A stretch of 64,000 nucleotides of DNA, taken from positions 1,426,001 through 1,490,000 of the forward strand of contig CATNEN010000035.1 in the NCBI GenBank assembly GCA_950097015.1, in the 5' to 3' direction. Under the pieces are notes generated by a model that worked only from the letters and a program-made list of their open reading frames with translations, ran no database searches and was not told the DNA's origin. The translations under genes and the position numbers were made by a program. Positions 13,113 to 51,112 of this stretch are shown here, in pieces (position 1 is the first letter of the stretch; every line of letters begins with the position of its first letter). The DNA is from Macrostomum hystrix. Its lineage: Eukaryota > Animalia > Platyhelminthes.

Positions 13113-14009
13113 TCGGTGAGTCGGTGAGAACTATAGCATCTGTTTGCAGTCAGGTGTAGAAGGAGAAGACATAAAAGAGTAAGACCCGATAGATATAAAT
13201 CAGATACAAGGATTTAGCAGCTCAGTAATGCTTATCCATCGCAAGCTTTACAATTTGTGGGCAGGAACAGATGATAAGCAGTGGGCAGCAGATGGCAGTT
13301 TACGATTTCCTACAGCAGTTGCGCAATCGAGTGTTAAGCCACAAATCAAACACAGTCAGTGGAAAAGCAATAAACGAGCGAGCATAACTTAAAAACGATA
13401 CTACTGACTAATTAGCATTCCTTGTACAGCCCTTAGTTGGGTTGCCTTTCAGTTGTCTCGAGTCTGCACAGATTTTTTTTCTACTATATTCATTATTTAT
13501 TCTTCTTTCATCTGATCTGGCTCAAGCACCTCATAGCCCAGGGCCGTTCATTCATAATTGCTTTTCTCACCGGCTTAAGTGCTTGAAAGGTTGGCCCTAG
13601 CCCAAACACTGGCGAATACACACCTGAGATTTGATGCTATTCAAACTGATTCACTTGAAGATACGGCAAACTCAGTGTCTGTGTCTGTCTACCTGTATAC
13701 TATTCTCTGCTAACAAGTGACCAACCAAAAAGCTTTTATTTAGCACAATACTGGTTGGGACAGAGAGATGGAGATAAGATGAACAACTTTGATAAGAGAT
13801 AGAATTAAGAAATTCAGCTAATAAAATAGTGAGCAGTCGAAGGTGTCTATGTTGTACATTGGTCTTCTTGTGCGAAGTTTGGCATTTTGGGATTTTGAGG
13901 TAAGTACTCGTATCAGTGATTCGTGCTGGCACTGGCACACACACACTTTCAACTTTACATCTGTTCTTTAGGCATTCACCACTAAAATTCTCCGCTTACT
14001 GATTTATTT

Positions 14010-14955
14010 ACTAAGAGGAGAGGACACGATACCAGACGAGACGCGACATTAGGAGAGGAGAGGACAGGAGAGAAGAGGAGTGGACAGGAGAGGAGAGGAG
14101 AGGAGAGGAGAGGAGAGAAGAGGAGAGGAGAGGAGAGGAGAGGAGAGGAGAGGAGAGGAGAGGAGAGGAGAGGAGAGGAGAGGAGAGGAGAGGAGAGGAG
14201 AGGAGAGGAGAGGTGAGAAGAGGAGAGAAGAGGAGAGGATTGAAGAGGAGAGAAGAGGAGAGGAGAGGAGAGGCGAGGAGAGGAGAGAAGAGGAGAGGAG
14301 AGGACAGGAGAAGGGAGGGGAGGAGAGGAGAGGACAGGAGAGGAGTGGACAGGAGAGGAGAGGACAGGAGAGGAGTGGAGAGGAGAGGCGAGGAGAGGAG
14401 AGAAGAGGAGATAGAGGAGAGGAGAGGAGAGGAGAGGAGAGGAGAGGAGAGGAGAGGAGAGGAGAGAAGAGGAGAGGAGAGGAGAGGCGAGGAGAGGAGA
14501 GAAGAGGAGATAGAGGAGAGGAGAGGAGAGCAGAGGAGAGGCGAGGCGAGGAGAGGAGAGAAGAGGAGATAGAGGAGAGGAGAGGAGAGGAGAGGAGAGA
14601 AGAGGAGATAGAGGAGAGGAGAGGAGAGGAGAGGAAAGAAGAGGAGAGGAGAGGACAGGAGAGGGGAGGGGAGGAGAGGAGAGGACAGGAGAGGAGTGGA
14701 CAGGAGAGGAGAGGACAGGAGAGGAGAGGACAGGAGAGGAGTGGAGAGGAGAGGCGAGGAGAGGAGAGAAGAGGAGATAGAGGAGAGTAGTGGACAGGAG
14801 AGGGGAGGGGAGGAGAGGAGAGGAGAGGAGAGGAGAGGAGAGGAGAGGAGAGGAGAGGAGAGGAGAGGAGAGGAGAGGAGAGGAGAGGACAGGAGAGGAG
14901 AGGAGTGGACAGGAGAGGAGAGGACAGGAGAGGAGAGGACAGGAGAGAAGAGTGG
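14010..14955. repeat. (AGAGG)n microsatellite, degenerate
   Basis: Direct inspection; source of the EERRG/SSPLL ORFs. Confidence 0.97.
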
Positions 14956-15964
14956 ACCAACAACTGGACCAACTGGACCAACCTAAACAAAACTCAGTCA
15001 GTTTAACACTAAGTATTTTGCAGATGTAGCAGATATTGACAGAATCAATGCATGCGCAAGTTTTACAACTTTATTAGGCCATGTTGGCGCAGCTGGGCAT
15101 AATAATAATTGCTAATCAGCTCAGTGCTCGCCATTGATCAAATCGGATTGGACTTACTAGAATCTTGTGTGATGAGCATTTTCGATGTTAGAAATTAGCC
15201 GAAAAATTTACGACCATCTGGGTGGGGGTTAGAGTCTTGGAAGCTTGTTAACAACGCCTGGGAGGCAGTCATCAGATACTTTGATCCTGTATCTCTGCAG
15301 CTTATTAGCCCCGCTGTGGTTCGGACAATTTCACAACGGCCCAATTCCATCCCCCGCTCTCTAGTGGGATTATGATCCCGATTAAGATTCGAAGGGCACG
15401 AGGAGAGCAGGGTTACGTAATATTCAAATTTCTTGGTCTGTGGTTATGCTCGCCATTTCAATCTGATCTTATATGACTAGTCTGTCGAGGTCAAATGCTG
15501 CTGAGTGCTGTGCTCATGTCGCCATGGTGTAAGACCTTGCTGTGAGATCTTATTCTCCGAAATGCTTTTAGCTTGAAGCAATTTCTCAATCCTACCTCCA
15601 TCCACTGACCTGTCAGTCAAACCAGCGGTATCTGCACTGACCCTGCCGAAACTAAAAAATAGATCTGTTTGTAGATGGAAACAGCAAGCCAATTGCCAAA
15701 TTCATAAACATTTCCAGCCACTTTATCATATTTTTATCATCTCGGATTGCAGAAAAATCTATAATCCCTTCCCCCACAAAAAGCAGCAGAAATTCTGTTT
15801 AGTTGAGAGAAGCATTTTGCCTTCACAAAATTTGTGATTTATTAATTGGCCGGTAGGCAGAAAAGAGAGAAGACCATCTAACATTAAATATTTAAACTGC
15901 AGATGATTGATGCGTTGTCAGTGGGAAATAGGTATAGAGATAGATACTCGTTGATTGGTGTATA

Positions 15965-17927
15965 CATAGCCCAGTTAGCCCAGTTACATAGCCCAGTTAC
16001 ATAGCCCAGTTACATAGTCCAGTTACATAGCCCAGTTACATAGTCCAGTTACATAGTCCAGTTACATAGTCCAGTTACATAGCCCAGTTACATAGCACAG
16101 TTACATAGTCCAGTTACATAGTTCAGTTACATAGCCCAGTTACATAGCCCAGTTACATAGTCCAGTTACATAGCCCAGTTACATAGCCCAGTTACATAGC
16201 CCAGTTACATAGCCCAGTTACATAGCCCAGTTACATAGCCCAGTTACATAGCCCAGTTACATAGCCCAGTTACATAGTCCAGTTACATAGCCCAGTTACA
16301 TAGTCCAGTTACATAGTCCAGTTACATAGCCCAGTTACATAGTCCAGTTACATAGCCCAGTTACATAGTCCAGTTACATAGTCCAGTTACATAGTCCAGT
16401 TACATAGTCCAGTTACATAGTCCAGTTACATAGTCCAGTTACATAGTCCAGTTACATAGTCCAGTTACATAGTCCAGTTACATAGTTCAGTTACATAGTC
16501 CAGTTACATAGTCCAGTTACATAGTCCAGTTACATAGTTTAGTTACATAGTCCAGTTACATAGTCCAGTTACATAGTCCAGTTACATAGTCCAGTTACAT
16601 AGTTCCAGTTACATAGTCCAGTTACATAGTCCAGTTACATAGTCCAGTTACATAGTCCAGTTACATAGTCCAGTTACATAGTCCAGTTACATAGTCCAGT
16701 TACATAGTCCAGTTACATAGTCCAGTTACATAGTCCAGTTACATAGTTCAGTTACATAGTCCAGTTACATAGTCCAGTTAGCCCAGTTACATAGTCCAGT
16801 TACATAGTCCAGTTACATAGTCCAGTTACATAGCCCAGTTACATAGTCCAGTTACATAGCCCAGTTACATAGTCCAGTTACATAGTCCAGTTACATAGTC
16901 CAGTTACATAGTCCAGTTACATAGTCCAGTTACATAGTCCAGTTACATAGTCCAGTTACATAGTCCAGTTACATAGTTCAGTTACATAGTCCAGTTACAT
17001 AGTCCAGTTAGCCCAGTTACATAGTCCAGTTACATAGTCCAGTTACATAGTCCAGTTACATAGCCCAGTTACATAGTCCAGTTACATAGCCCAGTTACAT
17101 AGTCCAGTTACATAGTCCAGTTACATAGTCCAGTTACATAGTCCAGTTACATAGTCCAGTTACATAGTCCAGTTACATAGTCCAGTTACATAGTCCAGTT
17201 ACATAGTCCAGTTACATAGTTCAGTTACATAGTCCAGTTACATAGTCCAGTTACATAGTCCAGTTACATAATTTAGTTACATAGTCCAGTTACATAGTCC
17301 AGTTACATAGTCCAGTTACATAGTCCAGTTACATAGTTCAGTTACATAGTCCAGTTACATAGTCCAGTTACATAGTCCAGTTACATAGTCCAGTTACATA
17401 GTCCAGTTACATAGTCCAGTTACATAGTCCAGTTACATAGTCCAGTTACATAGTCCAGTTACATAGTCCAGTTACATAGTTCAGTTACATAGTCCAGTTA
17501 CATAGTCCAGTTAGCCCAGTTACATAGTCCAGTTACATAGTCCAGTTACATAGTCCAGTTACATAGCCCAGTTACATAGTCCAGTTACATAGCCCAGTTA
17601 CATAGTCCAGTTACATAGTCCAGTTACATAGTCCAGTTACATAGCCCAGTTACATAGTCCAGTTACATAGCCCAGTTACATAGTCCAGTTACATAGCCCA
17701 GTTACATAGCCCAGTTACATAGCCCAGTTACATAGTCCAGTTACATAGCCCAGTTACATAGTCCAGTTACATAGTCCAGTTACATAGTCCAGTTACATAG
17801 TCCCAGTTACATAGTCCAGTTACATAGTCCAGTTACATAGTCCAGTTACATAGTCCACTTACATAGTCCAGTTACATAGTCCAGTTACATAGTCCAGTTA
17901 CATAGTACAGTTACATAGCCCAGTTAC
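15965..17927. repeat. 13-bp minisatellite (CAGTTACATAGTC)n, about 150 copies
   Basis: About 1.96 kb of tandem copies with C/T variants. Confidence 0.98.
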
Positions 17928-18304
17928 TTTCGCAATACATTTTTACATTCATAGAGTTGATGGGACTTAACAGAATACATAAACTGATTCGTATAGCACA
18001 GGTGCCACAGATTCCACTGAATTCTCCAACAGACAGCAGACTATAACATGCCAAGCACCATGAGCTGAGATTCCTATCAGATGACTTGAAGAATTGCGGG
18101 CCTTAAACCATCGTGATGGAACGTCGTATTCCTCATGTTGTTTTTTATCTTATCGCCCGCCTGATCAGCTGGTCCTGCAAATATCAGAGGATTAGGAAGA
18201 GATGCAACTGCTGCATTCGAATGCTATTTTATCCCCTCAGATGTTCACATATACAGAAGGCTGGGATGTGAATTATATGATGAGTTCTTGTAGGCTTATC
18301 GGGC

Positions 18305-18480
18305 ATGTCGGGATAAGAAAGTCAGGCCAGATGTACACACCTGTGTGAGTGTGTACAGTACAGTATCTGTGTGCGTGTGTGCTCACGAGTCAGCGGAATA
18401 GGCCTCTGATGGCTGCGGTTCTAGTGTCACCAAATGATGTGCCATTGCGCGCAGCCCTCTTGAAATTATTATAATATATT
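18305..18480 (+). mobile_element. SINE family A, 3' half
   Basis: AGAAAGTCAGG-CAGATGTACACACCTGTGTGAG...CAAATGATGTGCCATTGC-CGCAGCCCTC plus ATT tail, shared with the other copies. Confidence 0.88.
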
Positions 18481-18608
18481 TTTATGCTTAATTGTTCGAT
18501 CATTTCAATTCGACTTTAAATTTCAGATTCCCCATTGTGATTGAAAGTCGAAGACAAGATTCAGCTACAGGTTGAGTGACTGAGACACTGACAGTTTGCG
18601 GCAGAGCA

Positions 18609-19684
18609 ATGACAGACTCCAGACGGTACTGGCCACAGCCGGCAGGCCCGATGCCACGCCTGGAAGCCGACTTTGACATCTACGACTGCGGCTCCGGTGG
18701 CGGCGATGGCGTCTTTGCTGACGGCGAAGACTCCGGCTACACGGAGATTCCAATGTCGAACGGCGCCGAGACAGGTATTCGCGACCGCATTGCCCGACTA
18801 GTTTTCAGACCGTCTAGACAGCAGCAGCAGCAGCAGCACCAGCACCAGCAGCGGCAGCCGCAGCCGCCACTGCCTGCGGCGCCCTGCTCATCGCGGAATC
18901 GTCTAGGAACGAGCGCGGCTGCTGGCGCCTTCGCTGGCTACGCGTACACCCGCTGGCAGTGCCAACCAGCCGCTTCAGGCGACGCCGCCTCCGTCCAGAT
19001 CAATCAAACAGACGGCTCCTCTGTCTAACGGCATCAGCGGCGGCAGCCAGCGCACAGTCCGCTTCCAATGCCCGCGAGAGTCCGCGGCGGCATCGGCGGA
19101 TGACAATCGCTGGGCCGCCGTCGTTCAGCCCTACTCGACATTCGCTGTGGCAGCCGGCTCACTCCCAGCGCTTGGCGAGAGATCAGCCTCCAGCGGCTAC
19201 GGCTCAGACGTTGACATCGGACTCGGTGGCTGCGGCGTCGGGGGCGGTGACAACTGATTTTTACGCAGTTCGCGAAGAAGACATTGACAGATTGCTGCAT
19301 TCAGCATCTTCGGCAACTCCAGCGAAGCAACAGCAGCTACAGCAGCAGCAGTCACTGCAGGTGGCGGCTCCAGACGCGGATCTGGACATCCAGAAGTTAG
19401 ACATTTCTGCCTACTTCCCACCGTCTGGTGGAGCGACGCGCTTCAATTCGTCGCAGCAGAACATGGACCGCATTGTCGGCGACGTTGTTCGCCTGAAGAC
19501 GACAGCCGGCAATTCGGCCAGTCCAATTCGCCAACATCAAAGGCGCGATTTTCAGGCCGCCACCTCATCGGGCACAACGAAAGAGCCAGGCGGTGCCGTC
19601 TGCTTTGAAATGGCAGACCTCCGAGCCGCCTCCGAGTCCGCCCGCTCCGCTAGAGACGCGTCCTACCTGTGCTACTATCAGTAG
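18609..19684 (+). CDS. Unidentified GC-rich, low-complexity (poly-Q) coding region; two overlapping ORFs (18609-19028, 18959-19684), probably one gene broken by an indel
   Basis: Exon-like GC composition similar to the filamin and Asx exons; acceptors at about 18527 and 18570 upstream of the ATG at 18609; no recognisable domain. Confidence 0.55.
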
Positions 19685-21020
19685 GGCAGTTCGATTTTAA
19701 CAGCGGCTAGTCTCGCGTGCAATTCAGTGGCCCCATTTTAAAGCAAAGCAAACTTTTACTTCAAGCTGCTCGACTTGCCGCCTACTTCATTTGTGTTTTC
19801 GTTGTTATATGGTCCAATGGTTCTTTGCCTGTATAAAATAAATATATATCAGAGCTACAAAATAGCATTAAAAAATGCCACCTCACATTGAAAAGCTTGA
19901 ATCTTCCGATTTCTGCGGCAGCGAATAGGCATAGCTATTTTTAGCCTAGGGGTCAAACGTCACGTGATTTTCACTAGGCGAGTGAATGGTCAGCTTAGTT
20001 CAAGGCCAAATCTATTTTTAGATTTTGAGGTCGAAAGTTTTACGCGTGGCTTTCACAAGCCGATTCTAGGCACTTAATTATATTCTTACAAAGTCATTGA
20101 CCGACTGTTCCAGATATTTGTTGAAATTCTTATCCCGATATTAAGTGAACGCACACACACACAGACATTGTTTAGTCAACTTTAGCTGCGATTAAACGGA
20201 AACATTTTACAACTATAATTAAAAAGATAAATTTCACACATAAAGAGGAATATAAATAAATAGTTTTCTGTAGTAATACTGAGGGATAAGTGCTGCACAG
20301 ACTAGTACTGAAGCATACTTATACCAATATTTTATAGCACAAATCCTAATCACAATAGTTTATAAGCGACCAGCGATTTTGGAAAGGTAAAAATGACTAA
20401 ACATGGAAAAGCAGGCGGGAAAGTTTACAGCAGGGTTCTTGAGTGCATGGTTTTAGGAAATCAGTTGCTAAGTTTTACCAATTATTAAACTGAGATAGCA
20501 AAGTTAAAAATGGTGGATTAGAAAATCCGAAAGTTTATAAATAGAAGCAACATAGCAGTTATTGAGAATCGGCCTAATTTACATATAATTTTTGTTTTCA
20601 CACGCAAATTTAGTCAAACTGTACAGTAAGCAAAAAAACTATAAGTGTAGTGCTTCGGACAACACCATAACACATTTGTGTTGCATTTTTGCTTGAAATT
20701 CCAAAAGTAAAAAACTATGAAACAAGAACTTTATCTAGCGACTAATTAAAACGAATAAAAGCGAAATATTTGAATAAAATTTCATGCTAATGTTTTGAAA
20801 ATGTTCATATTTCTACTGCAAGTAGTCAAATGAGCAAAAAACTAATCGAATCCGAAAAGCGAGAAAAGCGTTAGAAAACGTTTAATGCGCACACAGTGCA
20901 ACCTTGTCTATAATTAAAATAGTAAGATATAAATAAATACTTTGTAGCGTTATAATAAGTTGTAAAATAAAAAGATTAAAACCAATATTATACTAGAACA
21001 CGTCTTTCAGTCAATAAGCG

Positions 21021-46957
<25,937 letters not shown>

Positions 46958-47499
46958 GATCGACTAAAACAAAATTGCAATGTTTGATGGAATATAGTTG
47001 GACCGAATATTTGCTGAAAGCTAGCGTCGCTTAAAAAGAAAAAAATTGTTAGCAAATTAGAAAAAATTGTGTCTTTAAAGTTACTGTGCTCTGCGTGTTG
47101 GATTTCTTTTAAATTGCTCTAAAACTCAATGAAAGCCACAGAAATTTGCTTAAGAAAAACGCGCTCCTTTCAATTTACATTAGTGAGACTTAATAAGCTA
47201 ATTTTTGGCAATTTATTAATTCACATTGACAAAAAGTATTTCTTGCTGTATCAGGGTTACTGGGATGGTTGTACTTCAGTATGAAGCAATGTGTACTTTT
47301 AAGGGAGAAACATCTTATCAGTGTCGCTGCTTTCTTCGAAAATTTCTTTGAAAAAGTCTGTATTTAAATTTATTGGGCGTGAACTCCTCCCCAGTCCTCG
47401 GACTTCAATAATTTAACCCGGCCTCAGTGCCACCGGCTGGCCCATCTGGCCCAACTAGGCCAACTTGGCTAAGTGTAATTTATATTCTCGGCTAGGCTA

Positions 47500-48222
47500 A
47501 GACAGGACTGGACAGGACTGCGGTTTGCCTGTTAGACAGGACTGCAGTTTACCTGTTAGACAGGACTGCAGTTTACCTGTTAGACAGGACTGCGGTTTAC
47601 CTGTTAGACAGGACTGCGGTTTGCCTGTTAGACAGGACTGCAGTTTACCTGTTAGACAGGACTGCAGTTTACCTGTTAGACAGGACTGCAGTTTACCTGT
47701 TAGACAGGACTGCAGTTTACCTGTTAGACAGGACTGCAGTTTACCTGTTAGACAGGACTGCAGTTTACCTGTTAGACAGCACTGCAGTTTACCTGTTAGA
47801 CAGGACTGCAGTTTACCTGTTAGACAGGACTGCAGTTTACCTGTTAGACAGGACTGCAGTTTACCTGTTAGACAGGACTGCAGTTTACCTGTTAGACAGG
47901 ACTGCGGTTTACCTGGTAGACAGGACTGCAGTTTACCTGTTAGACAGGACTGCAGTTTACCTGTTAGACAGGACTGCAGTTTACCTGTTAGACAGGACTG
48001 CAGTTTACCTGTTAGACAGGACTGCGGTTTACCTGTTAGACAGGACTGCAGTTTACCTGTTAGACAGGACTGCAGTTTACCTGTTAGACAGGACTGCAGT
48101 TTACCTGTTAGACAGTACTGCAGTTTACCTGTTAGACAGGACTGCGGTTTACCTGTTAGACAGGACTGCAGTTTACCTGTTAGACAGGACTGCGGTTTAC
48201 CTGTTAGACAGTTTAGTTGTCT
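47500..48222. repeat. 24-bp minisatellite (GTTAGACAGGACTGCAGTTTACCT)n
   Basis: About 29 copies. Confidence 0.98.
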
Positions 48223-49334
48223 AACGGTTCTCATATGTCAAGAATGACAACTAGACCCTATATGTTTGGCGGGAATCGAAAGGATTCAATTAATTCAATT
48301 CAATCATCACTCGATTAGTAGAGCAACATTCTCGCCAACACTAAAGAATGCAAGTCATATCTATTTGTCACGGAAAGCACCAATTAAAGGATTTACCTTT
48401 GCCGATTTCAGCTTATAACTGCGATTGTCAAAATCTGCTGGCTTGCCTAAGTCTATAAGTCGGCAGTTGTCATGCGAATTTTCATAATTTCAATTTCTTT
48501 CGCTATTGGCACACTTGCTGGATCCTACCAACACAGGCGCCTACCATATCCAAGTCGCTCAGTCTTTGGCTAACTACACTCTGAAGCCACCCACCCCACT
48601 GACCTCTTGCAGATGGTAAGGCCGACCCCAGGTATCAGCCTAAACTCGCTCCGTTGCTTCCCTTTCCTGAACTTCCGTTCGTCCGCGCCGCGGGCTCCAA
48701 GAAGTTCTAACCCTACCAGCCATTCAGCAAGGCGCAGTCAGGAATAAAGCTTAGTCAGCGTCCAAAAATGGGAGGCCGGATCAATGGATCCCCCCAAATC
48801 CCAACCATGCAGACTGCGGAGGTCCTACAGCCTCTCCCCATTGCCCCCCTCCACGTGTGCAAACTGCGAAACAAATCCAACAGCACGGATGCAGAGTCCA
48901 GGAGTTTGTGCGCAGCCTCGCCAGCTCCCTGGCTTCCACCGATGGGAAACGTCCGTTTGATTTGCGACATTACGCGGCACTGCAACAGTTTCAACTTTCC
49001 TCCGCATCTTGTAACCCTCGGTATGGCCACTGCAGTAGTGGGTCGTAATTTTTACTGATCCACATCGCGATGCAACAGCAGCAGCAGCAGCAGCAGCAGA
49101 GTGCGAAGGACAGAATCAACTACTTTGATTATGAATTTCTGTTAAGAATTGCCTTTGTTTTCGTTCTTTTTCTCTGACAACGAAAATGATTGAAACGAAA
49201 GTAACTAAAATTGTAATAATCGTCTAATTGTCTCGATGAAAAGAAAACTTACCCAGCCTAAAAGAAAACGACTGATCTCGCTTTTCTATCTAGTTTTCAT
49301 TGGGGTAGAACGAGGAGAGGGTAGAAAGAAGTGG

Positions 49335-50105
49335 CGTATAGAGAGACGGGGTAGAGCGAGATGGGGTAGAGAGAGATGGGGTAGAGAGATGGGGTAGAGG
49401 GAGATGGGGTAGAGAGAGATGGGGTAGAGAGAGATGGGGTAGAGAGAGATGGGGTAGAGAGAGATGGGGTAGAGAGAGATGGGGTAGAGAGAGATGGGGT
49501 AGAGAGAGATGGGGTAGAGAGAGATGGGGTAGAGAGAGATGGGGTAGAGAGAGATGGGGTAGAGAGAGATGGGGTAGAGAGAGATGGGGTAGAGAGAGAT
49601 GGGGTAGAGAGAGATGGGGTAGAGAGAGATGGGGTAGAGAGAGATGGGGTAGAGAGAGATGGGGTAGAGGGAGATGGGGTAGAGAGAGATGGGGTAGAGA
49701 GAGATGGGGTAGAGAGAGATGGGGTAGAGAGAGATGGGGTAGAGGGAGATGGGGTAGAGAGAGAGATGGGGTAGAGAGAGATGGGGTAGAGGGAGATGGG
49801 GTAGAGAGAGATGGGGTAGAGAGAGATGGGGTAGAGAGAGATGGGGTAGAGAGAGATGGGGTAGAGGGAGATGGGGTAGAGAGAGATGGGGTAGAGGGAG
49901 ATGGGGTAGAGAGAGATGGGGTAGAGAGAGATGTGGTAGAGAGAGATGGGGTAGAGAGAGATGGAGTAGAGGGAGATGGGGTACAGAGAGATGGGGTAGA
50001 GGGCGATGGGGTAGAGAGAGATGGGGTAGAGAGAGATGGGGTAGAGAGAGATGGGGTAGAGGGAGATGGGGTAGAGGGAGATGGGGTAGAGGGAGATGGG
50101 GTAGA
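49335..50105. repeat. 15-bp purine-rich minisatellite (GTAGAGAGAGATGGG)n
   Basis: Direct inspection. Confidence 0.97.
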
Positions 50106-50818
50106 AATAGTATGGTTAGATCGAAAGAGAATGGGCAGAAAGATTCTTGGGAAGAAAGAGAATGGGGTAGATATAGTTGGGGTAGAAGAAGGATGGGGTA
50201 GAAATAGTACATAGTTAGAAACGGAATGGACAGACAGATACTAATTTAGAAAGATAATCGAGTTGAGATGCTTCAGATATAAAAAATGAAATACTTTTGT
50301 ACAACTTGCTTGCGTAGTTTGCATTTTATTCATCATACTCGTAAAATTGTTAGTTTTCTAGGAAGATGTACTATTTCGACCAAGCTAATCCTTTATCGAT
50401 ATAGACCATTACTCTGGATATCGAAATCAGTGAGTTAAAGCTCAAAATTGTGCTAAATCAATCTGTGGAGCTGTTTTTTACGCAGAGTTTTTAAGCCGAA
50501 TTACTCGAATTAGACAGCTTGCAGTAGAAGAGGTTTTTCTCTAGTCTACTTTTTTCTCACCCCTTTCTATGCACCTGAGTACGGAGTCAGTCTGAGTCAC
50601 ATAGAATGTGGATTCCACAGTGTACACTGTTCTCTGTCTCTCACTCTTTCCTTCTCTTACCCCCAGCCCCAGTTGCCATTGCCAACGCTGTCTGAGTCCC
50701 GCAAGTTTGAAAGCAGTTTATTAGCCCACGGCTTATTAGCAGTGCACAATTTGGCATAGATACGGCAACCGACAGTATTTTCTAACTACACTAGAGACAC
50801 GATTAGCAGAGCTCCAAC

Positions 50819-51112
50819 ATGACGGACGTTGACGAGACCCTGAAGCGCATCCAGAGCCACAAAGGCGTGCAGGGTGTCATCATCTGCAACGAGAGCGGCA
50901 TCCCGATCAAGACCAACATGGACAACTCCACCACCACCCAGTACTGCAGCTCCATGGTGCGGCTAACCGAGCGAGCCCGCAGTGCCGTTCGCGACCTCGA
51001 CCCGACCAACGACCTGACTTTCCTGCGCATCCGGTCAAAGAAGAACGAGATCATGGTGGCGCCGGAGAATGACTACCTGGTCATCGTCATTCAGCAGAGC
51101 GAGAATCCGTGA
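50819..51112 (+). CDS. DYNLRB: Dynein light chain roadblock-type, intronless CDS
   Basis: [22 protein letters not shown]...IPIKT...[25 protein letters not shown] matches the Roadblock/LC7 family. Confidence 0.97.
   Translation: MTDVDETLKRIQSHKGVQGVIICNESGIPIKTNMDNSTTTQYCSSMVRLTERARSAVRDLDPTNDLTFLRIRSKKNEIMVAPENDYLVIVIQQSENP

Noticed and set aside
15965-17927. Regular arrays as CRISPR-like structures
   Set aside because: Head-to-tail units without unique spacers, no cas genes, eukaryotic context.
48560-49100. GC-rich island with several short ORFs, a CANCE motif and a CAG|ATG|GTAAGG site
   Set aside because: No complete zinc finger or other domain and no consistent exon chain; left uncalled.
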